Source: Octopus bimaculoides
Lineage: Eukaryota
Direction: 5' to 3'
DNA: 63,050 bases
NCBI RefSeq assembly: GCF_001194135.2
Contig: NC_068995.1
Coordinates: 36,511,496-36,574,545, forward strand
Shown: one piece after another, positions 1-12,054 of the stretch
Position numbering within the stretch: the first letter of the stretch is position 1
How the letters are laid out: every line of letters starts with the position of its first letter
Notes under the pieces: model-generated
What the model was told of the DNA's origin: nothing
What the model saw: only the letters and a program-made list of their open reading frames with translations
The model's database searches: none
Program-made: the position numbers and the translations under genes

Positions 1-788
1 TTCATCCGTCTAATTGGCTATAGAAATGCTTGTGCAAAACAACTTTTTGCGCTGCCCTGATTATACATAGCAGGGTAATCCCTTTTCGCAGGAGCTAGGA
101 CGGCAATTTGTGATGAAGCAATTGCTGGCGATCTGTTGCTACACAATTTTGCCAGAATTCTATCAGATTGGGCAGAAGATGTTGATGCACCATTTTGCAT
201 TATGTTCAAAGTAGCTTCTGGAATGTGGTGAATTGCTGCAGTCTGCTGCTGTCATTTTAAACCGGTTGCTTTCTTTCCCCAGCAAACTCTCTTCTTTGGA
301 GGCATAATCTATGTATATATTTTAATTTAGATTCCAAAGGAAGAAGAGGCATGCCTATTACTTCAGGAAGTGCTTATTTGACATTATGCTCCGTTGTAGA
401 AATATATTCAATTTTGTTACCCTTTCACGAAATAATTGATATCCTTTCAAAATTTTTCAACCCAATCTTTTTACATGAGTGCCATAGAACAAATTACAAA
501 CTAGTTGCAAACTGAAATTACAAATTGTTTTTATTTCTCAGTTGTAGCAACTTTGCACTTTTTACGTCATTAATGCTCTGGGGATGCAAGACCAACAAAA
601 TATTCCATTTTATTCTTGCTCTAAAAATAGTTATCTTCATAATAAGCTAAAAAAAGAAACAAAGTTCGTATTTTACTGAGAAAGAGGGAGAGGGAGAGAG
701 AGGGTGTGTGTGTGTGTGCATATATGGGTACAGGACATCACCAACTGTGTAAACGACATGAAGTACGAAAACGAGTTAAATATATATA

Positions 789-2030
789 CAGGGTAGGTGA
801 ATAGTAAGTAGGCATTAAAATTGGTAATAAAATACATATTCCTTTTACAAATTTATTGAAACAAATTATACATCTACTTAATTACATGGGAAAATGAAAG
901 TAAATCTTCATATTTCAGCGTAAGCACTGGTGGCGTCAACCAGTTCCTTCAAACGGTCGGAGATGGAATAAACAACCTTCTGAAGGACGTCGTCTGGGAT
1001 ATCATTGAGAACCTCCTCAATTAATATCTCCAAGTCCTCCAGTGTGNNNNNNNNNNNNNNNNNNNNNNNNNNNNNNNNNNNNNNNNNNNNNNNNNNNNNN
1101 NNNNNNNNNNNNNNNNNNNNNNNNNNNNNNNNNNNNNNNNNNNNNNNNNNNNNNNNNNNNNNNNNNNNNNNNNNNNNNNNNNNNNNNNNNNNNNNNNNNN
1201 NNNNNNNNNNNNNNNNNNNNNNNNNNNNNNNNNNNNNNNNNNNNNNNNNNNNNNNNNNNNNNNNNNNNNNNNNNNNNNNNNNNNNNNNNCAGCACACGGT
1301 CACTTTTGGTCGAGCTTGCATACTCTCAACCGCCATGTTCGGATCCTTATCACACAACGCCCAGTAACGGCAGTTGTGACGATTGATAAAACCACCAACA
1401 TGGAATACAGTCTCGTCACTCCAGAGGATGTTTTCAAACAATTCAGGCCAATCTTCATGCCAGCCTAGCACTAACTCTCCATATTCCATTCTGCGATCAC
1501 AGTCTTCAGGTTTTAGCTCCTGCACGTAATAGGGTTTTCACCGACGAAAATTCGATGCTTTATGCCACACAGTACGTATTGTGTGTCTTGTTAGTCCACT
1601 TTCACGAGCTGCTTGACGTATTGATTTTTGCGGGCTGCGATTAAACATTTCATGCACTGTTGTCACGTTCTCCGCTGATTGGGATGTGGTTGGACGGCCA
1701 CTTCTAACAGCGTTCACAGAGCCAGTGGTCATTAGCTTTGCATGACAACTTTTTATTGTCTCCGGACGTAGTGTTGCATGCTTACCTTCCCATGCACACC
1801 ACCATCTCTGAACCAAAACAATGGAATTCCACACCTCATTGCGTGCTGCTATCTTAACTCGCTCCTGAACAGTCAAGCCACCTGCCACCTGGAAATTAAA
1901 AAGTAAGAAACGAGACAATAAGAAATCCACATTAGTGTTGTCTGTTTAAAAAATATTTTCGTCATGATTTCAGTGATACCAAAAATTCTATAAGCAATTT
2001 CTAATGCCTAGTTACTTTCCATCCACCCTG
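789..2030 (-). mobile_element. Tc1/mariner-superfamily DNA transposon, full-length relic with TIRs and TA target-site duplication
   Basis: Left end TA|CAGGGTAGGTGAATAGTAAGTAGGCATT; right end reverse-complements to TA|CAGGGTGGATGGAAAGTAACTAGGCATT. An internal transposase frame is present. Confidence 0.9.
908..1930 (-). pseudogene. Transposase pseudogene (N-terminal HTH, RSGRP linker, LWSDETVFH catalytic motif)
   Basis: ORFs 1538-1930 and 908-1525 share one frame and are split by one TGA (NFRR*KPYYVQEL). Part of the catalytic domain lies in the N gap. Confidence 0.85.
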
Positions 2031-2049
2031 TATGTACATACACACACAC

Positions 2050-2050
<1 letters not shown>

Positions 2051-2085
<35 letters not shown>

Positions 2086-2116
2086 NNNNNNNNNNATATA
2101 TATATATATATATATA
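2051..2116. repeat. (TA)n microsatellite with a small N gap
   Basis: Read directly from the sequence. Confidence 0.95.
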
Positions 2117-2708
2117 TGTAGTGAAACTGCCTCTATCGCCATTAGATACAAACAAACCATCTTCCCCCCTGCTATAAATATTAACAAACGCGAGCGTAGT
2201 AGAAAGCATCTCATTCCCTGTCATCACCTGACTGACTATAATTTGAGCGGCAACTGTCTCTACTCCATTCCCGCCAGAACGCAAATCGACCAACCACAGC
2301 CCTTAATAAGGTCACGTGATAGTGTTTTTCTAATGTTTCTCTGGAGCCTACCTTCAGCTATAAATAGACTAAATTATACCCGCCAAATCGTCGCGCCTCA
2401 GATCTTAGATCTGGCCGCCGGCCACTCACGCGTAACACCAACCAGCCAGTTCCAGCGACGACATCGACACCATCGTCCAACTACGACTACCAGCATCGCC
2501 GCCAGCGTCAACACGTACACAAGCTACCAACAGCTAACTGCAGCACTTCTCTTCGATTCTGTTTGTGTGATTTCTTCACCACGATAAATAACAGCCAAGA
2601 ATTTTGCCTGCGAAGAACATCTGTATTCAAGAACCCGGCTTGGCATGGAAGCCCTAACAGCACAACTAGTGATCGCTCTGCCCCACACGCCTTAACTTCT
2701 TATATACA
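2117..2708 (+). mobile_element. CpG-rich segment, possibly a solo LTR
   Basis: Begins TGTAGTG at the edge of the (TA)n tract, with E-box GTCACGTGAT at 2311 and TATAAATA at 2359. No partner LTR is seen and the 3' end is uncertain. Confidence 0.3.
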
Positions 2709-4382
2709 GGCACTTACCACTGTGTACTCTAATTAAGAACTGGTAAATTCTTATACGTGTNNNNNNNNNNNNNNNNNNNNNNNNNNNNNNNNNNNNNNNN
2801 NNNNNNNNNNNNNNNNNNNNNNNNNNNNNNNNNNNNNNNNNNNNNNNNNNNNNNNNNNNNGTAATTGCAAACTTTCGGAACTGAACATATACCATCTTAA
2901 CACAGCAAGTTATCACATCACTTAAGTCAGTAAAGGTGTATACTTTTAATGGTATATAAGAAATAAAAATAACTATTGTAAATAAATTATTTAGGTATTT
3001 GCACACATCCCTATTTTCAACTGGAGTATTTAGGACTACATAAGCTAACGTGTCCTTCCTTTTTCAAGACTATTTGCTACTTGTAGTAGTTCAAGTGACT
3101 ACTGAAAAGCTCCTTCGATATTTATAGGAAGGAGAAGTAACAATTGTTTACCATGAATAGATGAATCGTCAATTGCTCATATATTTCTGTATGGGTTCGG
3201 GAACGGGAAGTGCAGGGGGTGCAAGCGCATTTCATAAAATTTTTGAGTAATGCAAAATCAAAATTTGCACACACCCCCTACTTACTTTTCTACGGTTTAG
3301 AAAACTTCATAAAAAGTAATCTGTAAGAAGTAGCTTCAAGTAAGATTTCAATGAACAAAGAACCAAAATAAATGAATGAATAAATAAATAAATAAAAATA
3401 TTTTAGTAATACTTTTTGGACCTGGGATTGTACTTCCTAAGCAAATTTCGTTTGGGAGCCAGTGTTTTTTCTAACACTATATGTTTGTAAGAGATGCTTT
3501 CTCAAAACGAATACCACACTTTAGAGGGCTTTCAATTGTATATTTGCTCTAAGTGTGATATACAGATTACTAATTTGAACAAATACTGCTTCCGTCGCTA
3601 ATAACGATTTTTCATTCAGCCTGCTGGCTGAACGCTACTCCAGTAACTTTTCAATTACTGTTTAACTTTATTATCTAGCAGCTGATTTTCGCTTAGCATG
3701 CACAACCAGTGAATATTTGCTACTGGTGGAGCTCAAGACAGCAAAAATCTAGATTTAACAATGCCACCCCCGCTTCTGGGTGNNNNNNNNNNNNNNNNNN
3801 NNNNNNNNNNNNNNNNNNNNNNNNNNNNNNNNNNNNNNNNNNNNNNNNNNNNNNNNNNNNNNNNNNNNNNNNNNNNNNNNNNNNNNNNNNNNNNNNNNNN
3901 NNNNNNNNNNNNNNNNNNNNNNNNNNNNNNNNNNNNNNNNNNNNNNNNNNNNNNNNNNNNNNNNNNNNNNNNNNNNNNNNNNNNNNNNNNNNNNNNNNNN
4001 NNNNNNNNNNNNNNNNNNNNNNNNNNNNNNNNNNNNNNNNNNNNNNNNNNNNNNNNNNNNNNNNNNNNNNNNNNNNNNNNNNNNNNNNNNNNNNNNNNNN
4101 NNNNNNNNNNNNNNNNNNNNNNNNNNNNNNNNNNNNNNNNNNNNNNNNNNNNNNNNNNNNNNNNNNNNNNNNNNNNNNNNNNNNNNNNNNNNNNNNNNNN
4201 NNNNNNNNNNNNNNNNNNNNNNNNNNNNNNNNNNNNNNNNNNNNNNNNNNNNNNNNNNNNNNNNNNNNNNNNNNNNNNNNNNNNNNNNNNNNNNNNNNNN
4301 NNNNNNNNNNNNNNNNNNNNNNNNNNNNNNNNNNNNNNNNNNNNNNNNNNNNNNNNNNNNNNNNNNNNNNNNNNNNNNNNNN

Positions 4383-4470
4383 TGGAATTTGAACTCAGAA
4401 CGTAGCGGCAGACGAAATACCGCGAAGCATTTCGTCCGGCGTGCTAACGTTTCTGCCAGCTCGCCGTTTT
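4383..4470 (-). mobile_element. tRNA-derived SINE 5' head (GGCGAGCTGGCAGAAACGTTAGCAC family)
   Basis: Matches other copies in the window (9485, 21440-21850, 43770-44530). B-box-like GAGTTCAAATTCC is present. Confidence 0.8.
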
Positions 4471-5855
4471 AGTGTTAGAGTTATTATTGCGATCCTAAAT
4501 GTGATTATTCTTATGAAGTTGATGTTATAAACATTAAGGACCCTATCCCAAGTACCAGTAATTCCGTGCAAACATACATATAAACAAATATAGCAAGTAT
4601 AACCAAAAGACTATGCGTGTGTGTGTGTGTGTGTGCGCGCGTGGGGGGGGGGATAATGGAAAATATTGGACCCCATCAGACTTCGAAATCTGCCCGTATC
4701 CAGTAGTGTAGTTAGAGAGTGTGTACCGCCCGAGGCATCCTTCGAGTTTGTCGCTCCCCTCCGGGACTCCCAAACGTATCCAGGCTTATTCAGCAGACCT
4801 AAGGGTGTCGCGCTCATAAGATCGTCGTCCGGAGAGCACCGTCACAACCCATCCAACAACGTTACTGTCCATATTTATGTAGTGTGTGGGGGTGAGATGT
4901 AAAGAAAATCTCTGGCAAAAAGGAGTTCTAATGTTTCAAGAATTCCTAAAACTTCTTTCACTTCTTTCCACCCTGGTTAAAAATATTGAGTGTATTTAAG
5001 CTTGCTTCTTATCTTATAGCATTTCAAGTAAACTCAATGAAAGCGTGGGTAACATTTTCTTCAAAATCATCTAGAAATCGTCTATTATAAAACTCAAGAA
5101 AGGCACTTTTCTATTTCCCCTTCATACAACATCTGTGTATCTATTTGCTGTTCCTCCTCTTTACCTAACTCTTTATCTCTCTCTTTTCACATCTATCTGT
5201 TGCTCCGCTTTCTCAGTTTCTCTTTCTTCTTTTCACGTATTTTCTTGCTACATCTACTTTTCGGTAAGGTTTTTATTTTCTTCTGTCGCCCCATCGTTCT
5301 CCCTCCTATTTTGTACATCTATGTATCTGTTACTAGCACCATTCTCTTTCCTTCGTGTCTTTTTTTTTATTCTATACGTCCCTCACACATTTGTACGCCT
5401 ACACATAACGTATCTTTTTATTTCACATTTCGTGCATATATTTAGGTAATTGTTTAGTTCGGTATAGTTAAAATAGTAAATAAAAATTAAGGGAGAGATA
5501 AGTAATAAAAGTGGCAAAGGGACGAATCAATCTTAGAGGAATCGTGGACTATCATTCAATTAAGAAAAGCTGAGACAACATTCTTCAGTGGTTGGCACGG
5601 CGTCGACTAATTATGAATATGTACACCTGTGAAAATTGTAATTCACCATGTGGCCTCACTACACGTGGTGAGGTTACTGATGGAAAATTATGGCACTGCA
5701 AGCGCTGTTAAGGAGCAAATCTATTCGTTACCGTTCATTTTTTTGAGAGAAGTTTTATTTCGCCAGTGTTTTATATTGTGTAAAAAGTAGTGTAAGAAGT
5801 AGACTTACCTCCCCCTTAATTTTTATTTACTTTTTTAAATTTAACCAAACTGAAC

Positions 5856-5900
5856 AATTACCTATATGTATTTTCTTTGAGAAAATACATATAGGTAATT
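5856..5900. repeat. Perfect 21-bp inverted repeat with a 3-nt loop
   Basis: AATTACCTATATGTATTTTCT-ttg-AGAAAATACATATAGGTAATT. Confidence 0.95.
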
Positions 5901-8900
5901 TTTTTACTACCCTTCCACCGAATGATCATCTCACACACACATACACATTCACAGGCGTGCTCACACGCATTCCACCGAATGAACATCTCACACATACACA
6001 CACAGAGAATCGTTCACACGCACGCACATGTTTTTATGTATGAATGCGTGATGAATAAAAAGTAACAATCGTACATCTAAGATAAACAGTTAGACAGAGA
6101 GGGAGGGAGGGAGAAGAGAAAGAGTGGTTCTACAGTTGTTACAACATCTAGAGACAAGACAACAATATTTATTTGTCATACACCGACAGTTTCATTTTTA
6201 CGTAAGTTGAACAAAACTTTCTAACATCTCTCTTGGATACGAACGATTCGATTTTAATTTGTCGTTTTATTGATTGATTATTTTTGCGTTCATGATTCCT
6301 GTTCTATCTACCTTGCATAATTTATACTTAAAAGTAGATAAGTTTTATATGTATATAAAAATAAGTTTGCCATAATTTCAACTATAGGTTACTTTGAAAA
6401 GTAAATGGAATATTAAAAATAGGTGGTGACCGATCATCTACCTGATGATTGATTACCTTAATTCTGGGAATAATTTTAATAATGATTGTTAATTTATGCA
6501 TACATTAAAAGTTGTTTACTTATTAAAACATCCGATACTTAGCAAGCCATGTGTTTGCCAGTGCGCTATGAAGATTACTATATAAGGAAATAGATTTTGC
6601 TTCGTAACATAAACAAATGTTTTGTTTAAGATAAGGATTTAACTCACAAATGAAATGATGAGATTATAAAACTATAAATCGGGAATGATAAGATTATAAA
6701 ATCACGCATTCCTTGACCATTAAAGATGTGAATGACATGAATTGGTTCTAACAAGAAATCGAAACTGATCCATGGATAATTTTCATTTAAAGTAATATTT
6801 CTGAGATAGCGACCCAAGTGTAGATTATACTTTATAATTGTGCGTATGTATAAACAGATTCTTTTAAATACCATTTGGTTATTTATATTTTATTTAGTAT
6901 TATGCAATACGCTTTTTTCATCCTCTCCCTCACACACCCATATCGCTTGTTAATCGGATTATTTTTCATTGTTTATACATTTCTAGTCTAATATATTTAT
7001 TAGTGAAAACAATTATCAAGTACAATTATATAATATTCCATCGCATATGAGAATACAGTTTTATGAGGATTTGTTGTTACTCCATTATAAATCTAGAATG
7101 TTAGGCGCAAAACTTTTCTTATCTGATGACAACCGACATTAAGAAGAGATATTCAAAATTATATTTCAACTCCCGTTTGTACGCACATTTAGCTTACAAG
7201 CGCATCTTTTCATGTTACCGATTTTCTGCCATTTAAAATTAAAATAAAAGAAAACGTGAATTTAATTTTATTCACTTTTTTCAACCGATGCCTACCAACT
7301 TTAGATTCCTCTAATTTTTATTTACTTGTTTTTTAAGATTAACTCTGCATACAGTTTACATTTCTTTGTGGAAGTTATCTACTTTAATTGTATAATATAT
7401 TTTAAACATGACTTTATATACTTTACGTAGCTGCAAGGAATCTCAGAATCTGTTGCAGAACTAGAATTGTTGTAATTAGAACCAACCAAAGCACAGATCC
7501 AGGACCAAGAGAGAGAAAGAGAGAATGTGTGTGTGTGTGTGTGTGTGTTATGAGTGAGTGAGTGGAAAAGAGAGGGAGAGAGAGAACCTGTGGACTGTGA
7601 TCAGAGTTGTTATTGTTGTTTGACCTTGCTTGAGTAGATCTCGTCTTTTTAAGTCGGCAAGATGCCATTTGCAGAAAATTTCGCTACTTTTTCTAAAGGG
7701 TTGAACGACTGACTACGTAGAGATTCCTCGTTGACCTATGTGGTCTGAGTGTAAACCAGTTAGGTAGGAAACTGATATCAAGCCTCGCCAGCTGTGAAAA
7801 GTAAAGTATTCTGCACTAGTTCCGGGTATGAACATGTGACCAGAGGAGGGGCTAAACAGGCCAGTTAACCAACGGTCTATGATATTTTTATTTATATTTT
7901 ATGAGGGGCTCTATCTATTCCTTCTTAGAGATAAAGAGAGAACTCTTCAGTAAAAAAATGTTTTTTTATAAATGACATTTTTTGTTCTGTTATTTTTAAG
8001 TATATTACATACACTACATGTATAGGTTTATTTTGCTTGTAAGCCAAACATAAATCATTTATGTTTGATATTGATTTCTAAAATAGTTAATGTTTTGTTC
8101 AAAAAGAAGCTACGTGTTTACTTAGGCTTGGGGGATCTTGTCAATCTCGGCTTGGGTTTGTTACCACCCTTCCACGGGTTTGCTTGTGATCCTTAAACGG
8201 TAGTCCAATGTTTGAATAACTATCTTACCTGTCATAACCTTTAATCGAGATCCTACGATCTCCTCACTACTGCTAATGTATAGCCTTCACTCATATGAAA
8301 AGGTTTGTGCCTAAGAAATATTCTAGATTTATAAGAGAGTAATTTAAAATCTACATTGGGCTGTATTCAGATAGAGACTGTATTAGGAAAGGAAAAAAAA
8401 TTAACATGCTGCGATATTCGGATTAGCGCTAACGCTTCGCCCTCACTAGTTATTTCGGAGCACTGTAGTCAAACTAGAAGTGTGTTCGACAGATTCCGAC
8501 GAACTTTTTTTACAATTTAGACGGCTAACGATGGATACACTTTAATAATTGAGAAACCCCACGATCGAAATCCTAGCTTCAGTCTTCTTAAAATATCGTT
8601 TGAAAAACGCTGTGATGTAGATTAATTTCCTCAAGTATTAACGTCATTTAGTAATTCTATCTAAATGCCTGACGCGAAATGACATTTAATTGGTATAGAA
8701 ATGTTACAATGCCATGTTTGAGGTGTGTGTGCTCGCGCGTGCGCTTGTGAATGTGTTTTGTCTGTGATTGAGCAGACCCAAGATAGGTGTTACAGCTGTG
8801 GACATCTTTTTTGTAAAAGCGTAGTGTATGTAGAAGTTTACTTTCTAATGTGTAGTTCGTATTTGAAGAGGGTAAAATGTGTTCAGGGGTATTTCACAGG

Positions 8901-9484
8901 TATTTCTAGCACGGTGAAACGTTCTCACTTCCATTTAATTCTAAAACCACACGCTGGCTGTCTCGAATTACAAGGATGAAAATAAATAGTCTCAGACGTA
9001 GGAGCAAAACAGTAATTTGATATAAGTTGTGAACTGAGTTTGTCCAACGGCCTCCATCCCGAGACAGTATATCAAGCTTTTTTTTTTTCTATGAAGAGNN
9101 NNNNNNNNNNNNNNNNNNNNNNNNNNNNNNNNNNNNNNNNNNNNNNNNNNNNNNNNNNNNNNNNNNNNNNNNNNNNNNNNNNNNNNNNNNNNNNNNNNNN
9201 NNNNNNNNNNNNNNNNNNNNNNNNNNNNNNNNNNNNNNNNNNNNNNNNNNATGAGACACCAAGCTGACCTCAGTAAGATTTGAAATTCAGCGCAGATAGC
9301 CACAATTGATACCGCAAGGCAGTCTATCGACTCTAAAACAAATCTGCCTATTCGCCGTGTTGTTTGTAAAATTAATCATGTTAGCCCTTATAATTTACCC
9401 AAGGTATTAACAAGGTTCTTCACCCTTGGCGTAGAGACCCCTGCTGCACATACCTTGTAGGATTGTAATATTAGTAGTAAATAG

Positions 9485-9665
9485 GGTGGCGAGCTGGCAG
9501 AATTGTTAGCATGCTTAGCGGCATTTCATCCGTCTAAGTTCACACCGAGGTCAACCTTGCCTTTCATCCTTTCGATGTCAATAAAATAAGTACCGTTTGA
9601 TCACTGGGGTCGATGTAATTGACTCCCCAGTAGCCTGAAATTGTCGGCCATACGCCAAAATGTGA
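9485..9665 (+). mobile_element. tRNA-derived SINE, internally deleted
   Basis: GGCGAGCTGGCAGAA...GCCTTTCATCCTTTCG...AAGTACC...CTGGGGTCGATGTAATTGACT. Confidence 0.8.
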
Positions 9666-9933
9666 AACTAATGTTAATAATAAATTAGCCTGTGATGAAA
9701 GAGTGCATTGTGAGAAATATAAATGCAGGCTAAAGCAATAGCCTTCATTTATGTGGTGGGTGGGAATCAAGTAGCAGACATCTAACTGAAGGGTCAGTGA
9801 TTTGTATCCTGTCTTCAGCACTATTGTCTGTGATCAGGTCACTTAATTCTGCAACAGCTGCTTTTTTTCCCCTACTACCTTATCGTTGTAGACCCTTGAA
9901 ATTAGGTGTCAAACTCTTCTCATCCCAGCAGGT

Positions 9934-10416
9934 TCAAAGCTGCGAAAATACAGCAAATCTGATCTCATCAGAGAATATGACAGTGTCCCAAAATGCTAGT
10001 GGCCTCTCCACCATCTCACTGGCCCAATCTTTTCTCTGCTTGATGTTGGCTGGTCGAAGTAGTGGCTTCCTTCTTGCTGCTCTACCATAGTAACCAAGTT
10101 TGTGGAGATACCCAACAGCTGTTCTGGGACTGACATCAACTTGTTCTGCTATGTCAGAGGCCTTGCAACGAGGATTATCCTTCACACTTCTCTTAGTTAA
10201 GAGAATAGTCCTGTCAGAGGGCCCTGGTTGATCTGGGCAAGGTGATGTGGACTTCTTTCCCTCTCTGGTGAATTGCACAATCACCCTATTAACTGTAGAA
10301 AGTGGGATCCAAAAGTTTTCTGCGATTTTACACTGACTATGTCCACCTTCAGAATGACCTACAATATGGCCTCTATGAAATTCAGACAGTTCCAAGGCTT
10401 CTTTTGTACATGGCAT
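9934..10416 (-). pseudogene. Tc1-family transposase N-terminal relic
   Basis: [20 protein letters not shown] and WDTVIFSDE motifs; truncated after the first catalytic Asp. Confidence 0.85.
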
Positions 10417-10576
10417 GATTAAACAGCCACATATAGAACCTGAAGCATAAAAATGTCAATTAATAAAAAATATTAACTTTTACAAGTTAGAATAAACATA
10501 AAACAATGTTTTATGAGGTGTCTATTTACTTGTCGTGTGTGTGTGTGTGTGCGTGTGTATATATATATATATATAT

Positions 10577-10790
10577 ATGGTTAAGAAGTTCACTTTGCAA
10601 CCATGTAGTTTTGGGTTGAATTTACTATAGCCCTGGGCCGACCAATACCTTGAGAATGAATTTGGTAGACAGAAGTTGTGTGGAAGCCCATTGTGTATGT
10701 ATGTGTGTATGTACATATACATATGTGTGTTTGTCTCCCCACCATCACTTGACAACCAGTGTTGGTTTGTTTCCATCCTCATAACTTAAT
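10577..10790 (+). mobile_element. Degenerate SINE of the 61567 family
   Basis: Shares TATAGCC..GGCCGACCAA..GATTTGGTAGAC and CTTGACAACC with 61567-61975. Confidence 0.75.
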
Positions 10791-11358
10791 TACGCCAAAG
10801 GATTAAATCATGATGTGACTGTTTTTCTTTTTCTTCCAAAAAGAAACCTTATATTTATGTAGATTTTCTGTTGACAGAACTTCCATATATTCCCACCAGT
10901 CTTTAATCTTTATTCAGTCATACTCTATATTAATCACACTAATCTTACATTTTCAATCAGACAATACTCACTAAGGGTAATGTCCCTCCATCTGAAACAA
11001 AATCTTCATGATAACATGCAAGATGTCTTTTACTTGTTCCAGTCACTGGACTGCTAGTGCTTGGGTGCCACCTTGAAGGATTTTAGTTGAACAAATTGCT
11101 TCCAATACTTGTTTTTTTTTTTTTAAAGTCTGGTAATTAAACAAAAGTTTACTAAGTTATGGTGACATAAACAAACCAACACTAGGTTGCCATATAAACA
11201 AAATCTAGTACACTCTGCTAAGTGGTTGGCATTAGGAAAGGCATCCAGCTGTAGAAACCATACCAAAGCAGACATAGAACCTGGTGGATCCCTCTGGTTT
11301 TATCTATCCTTATTAAACCATCTGGTCCATGCCAGTATGGAAAAGAGGATGTTAAATG

Positions 11359-11397
<39 letters not shown>

Positions 11398-11615
11398 NNN
11401 NNNNNNNNNNNNNNNNNNNNNNNNNNNNNNNNNNNNNNNNNNNNNNNNNNNNNNNNNNNNNNNNNTGAATTAATTATATATATATATATAATATAATTTA
11501 TATAAGGGCATTACTATACAGTAATGCCTCACGCTTAGAGGGACTTTATAAGTCCTTATGAGGTTTTTTCACGCTGACTACTTGATAAATTCTTATAAAG
11601 ATTTTAGCCTTATAT

Positions 11616-11651
<36 letters not shown>

Positions 11652-12054
11652 CAGTTGCTGCACTGACAAGGTGTTAGTTGACCTGGACCATAGAAGACAC
11701 TAGCTCTAAGTGCTACACAATGAGACTGAACCCAGAATCACATGATTACAAAGCAGGCTTCTTACTGTGAGTACTGTGTAAAGTCATGAGAAAGTAAAAT
11801 AAGAACATAAAGGCAATGTAGTTAAGAATTTATATGTGAGAATAGAGACAGAAGTAATAGGTGGTGAAGAAACATTGGAAGATTTAAATGGGAGTCACTG
11901 AGAAATTAAAATAGCTTTTTAATCAAATTACCTCCAAGTATTTTTTTTTTTCAATCTAAATCACTGAAATGAGAAATAAATTCAAAGTAATTTATCTAAT
12001 TTACCAGTTGTTACATATTATCTTTCTTTTTATTTCTAGTGTTACAATAACAAA

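Noticed and set aside
1005-4472. Long ORFs made of X residues
   Set aside because: They span N gaps and are artefacts of unknown bases.
4543-4902. Three overlapping short ORFs in a CpG-rich block
   Set aside because: No recognisable motif or splice context; likely an unclassified repeat.
6644-6874. 76-aa ORF on -
   Set aside because: AT-rich, no family motif, no supported exon boundaries.
7423-7668. 81-aa ORF MASCRLKK... with a hydrophobic end and a possible GTAAAG donor
   Set aside because: It runs through (CA)n/(CT)n tracts and I found no downstream exon that continues it.
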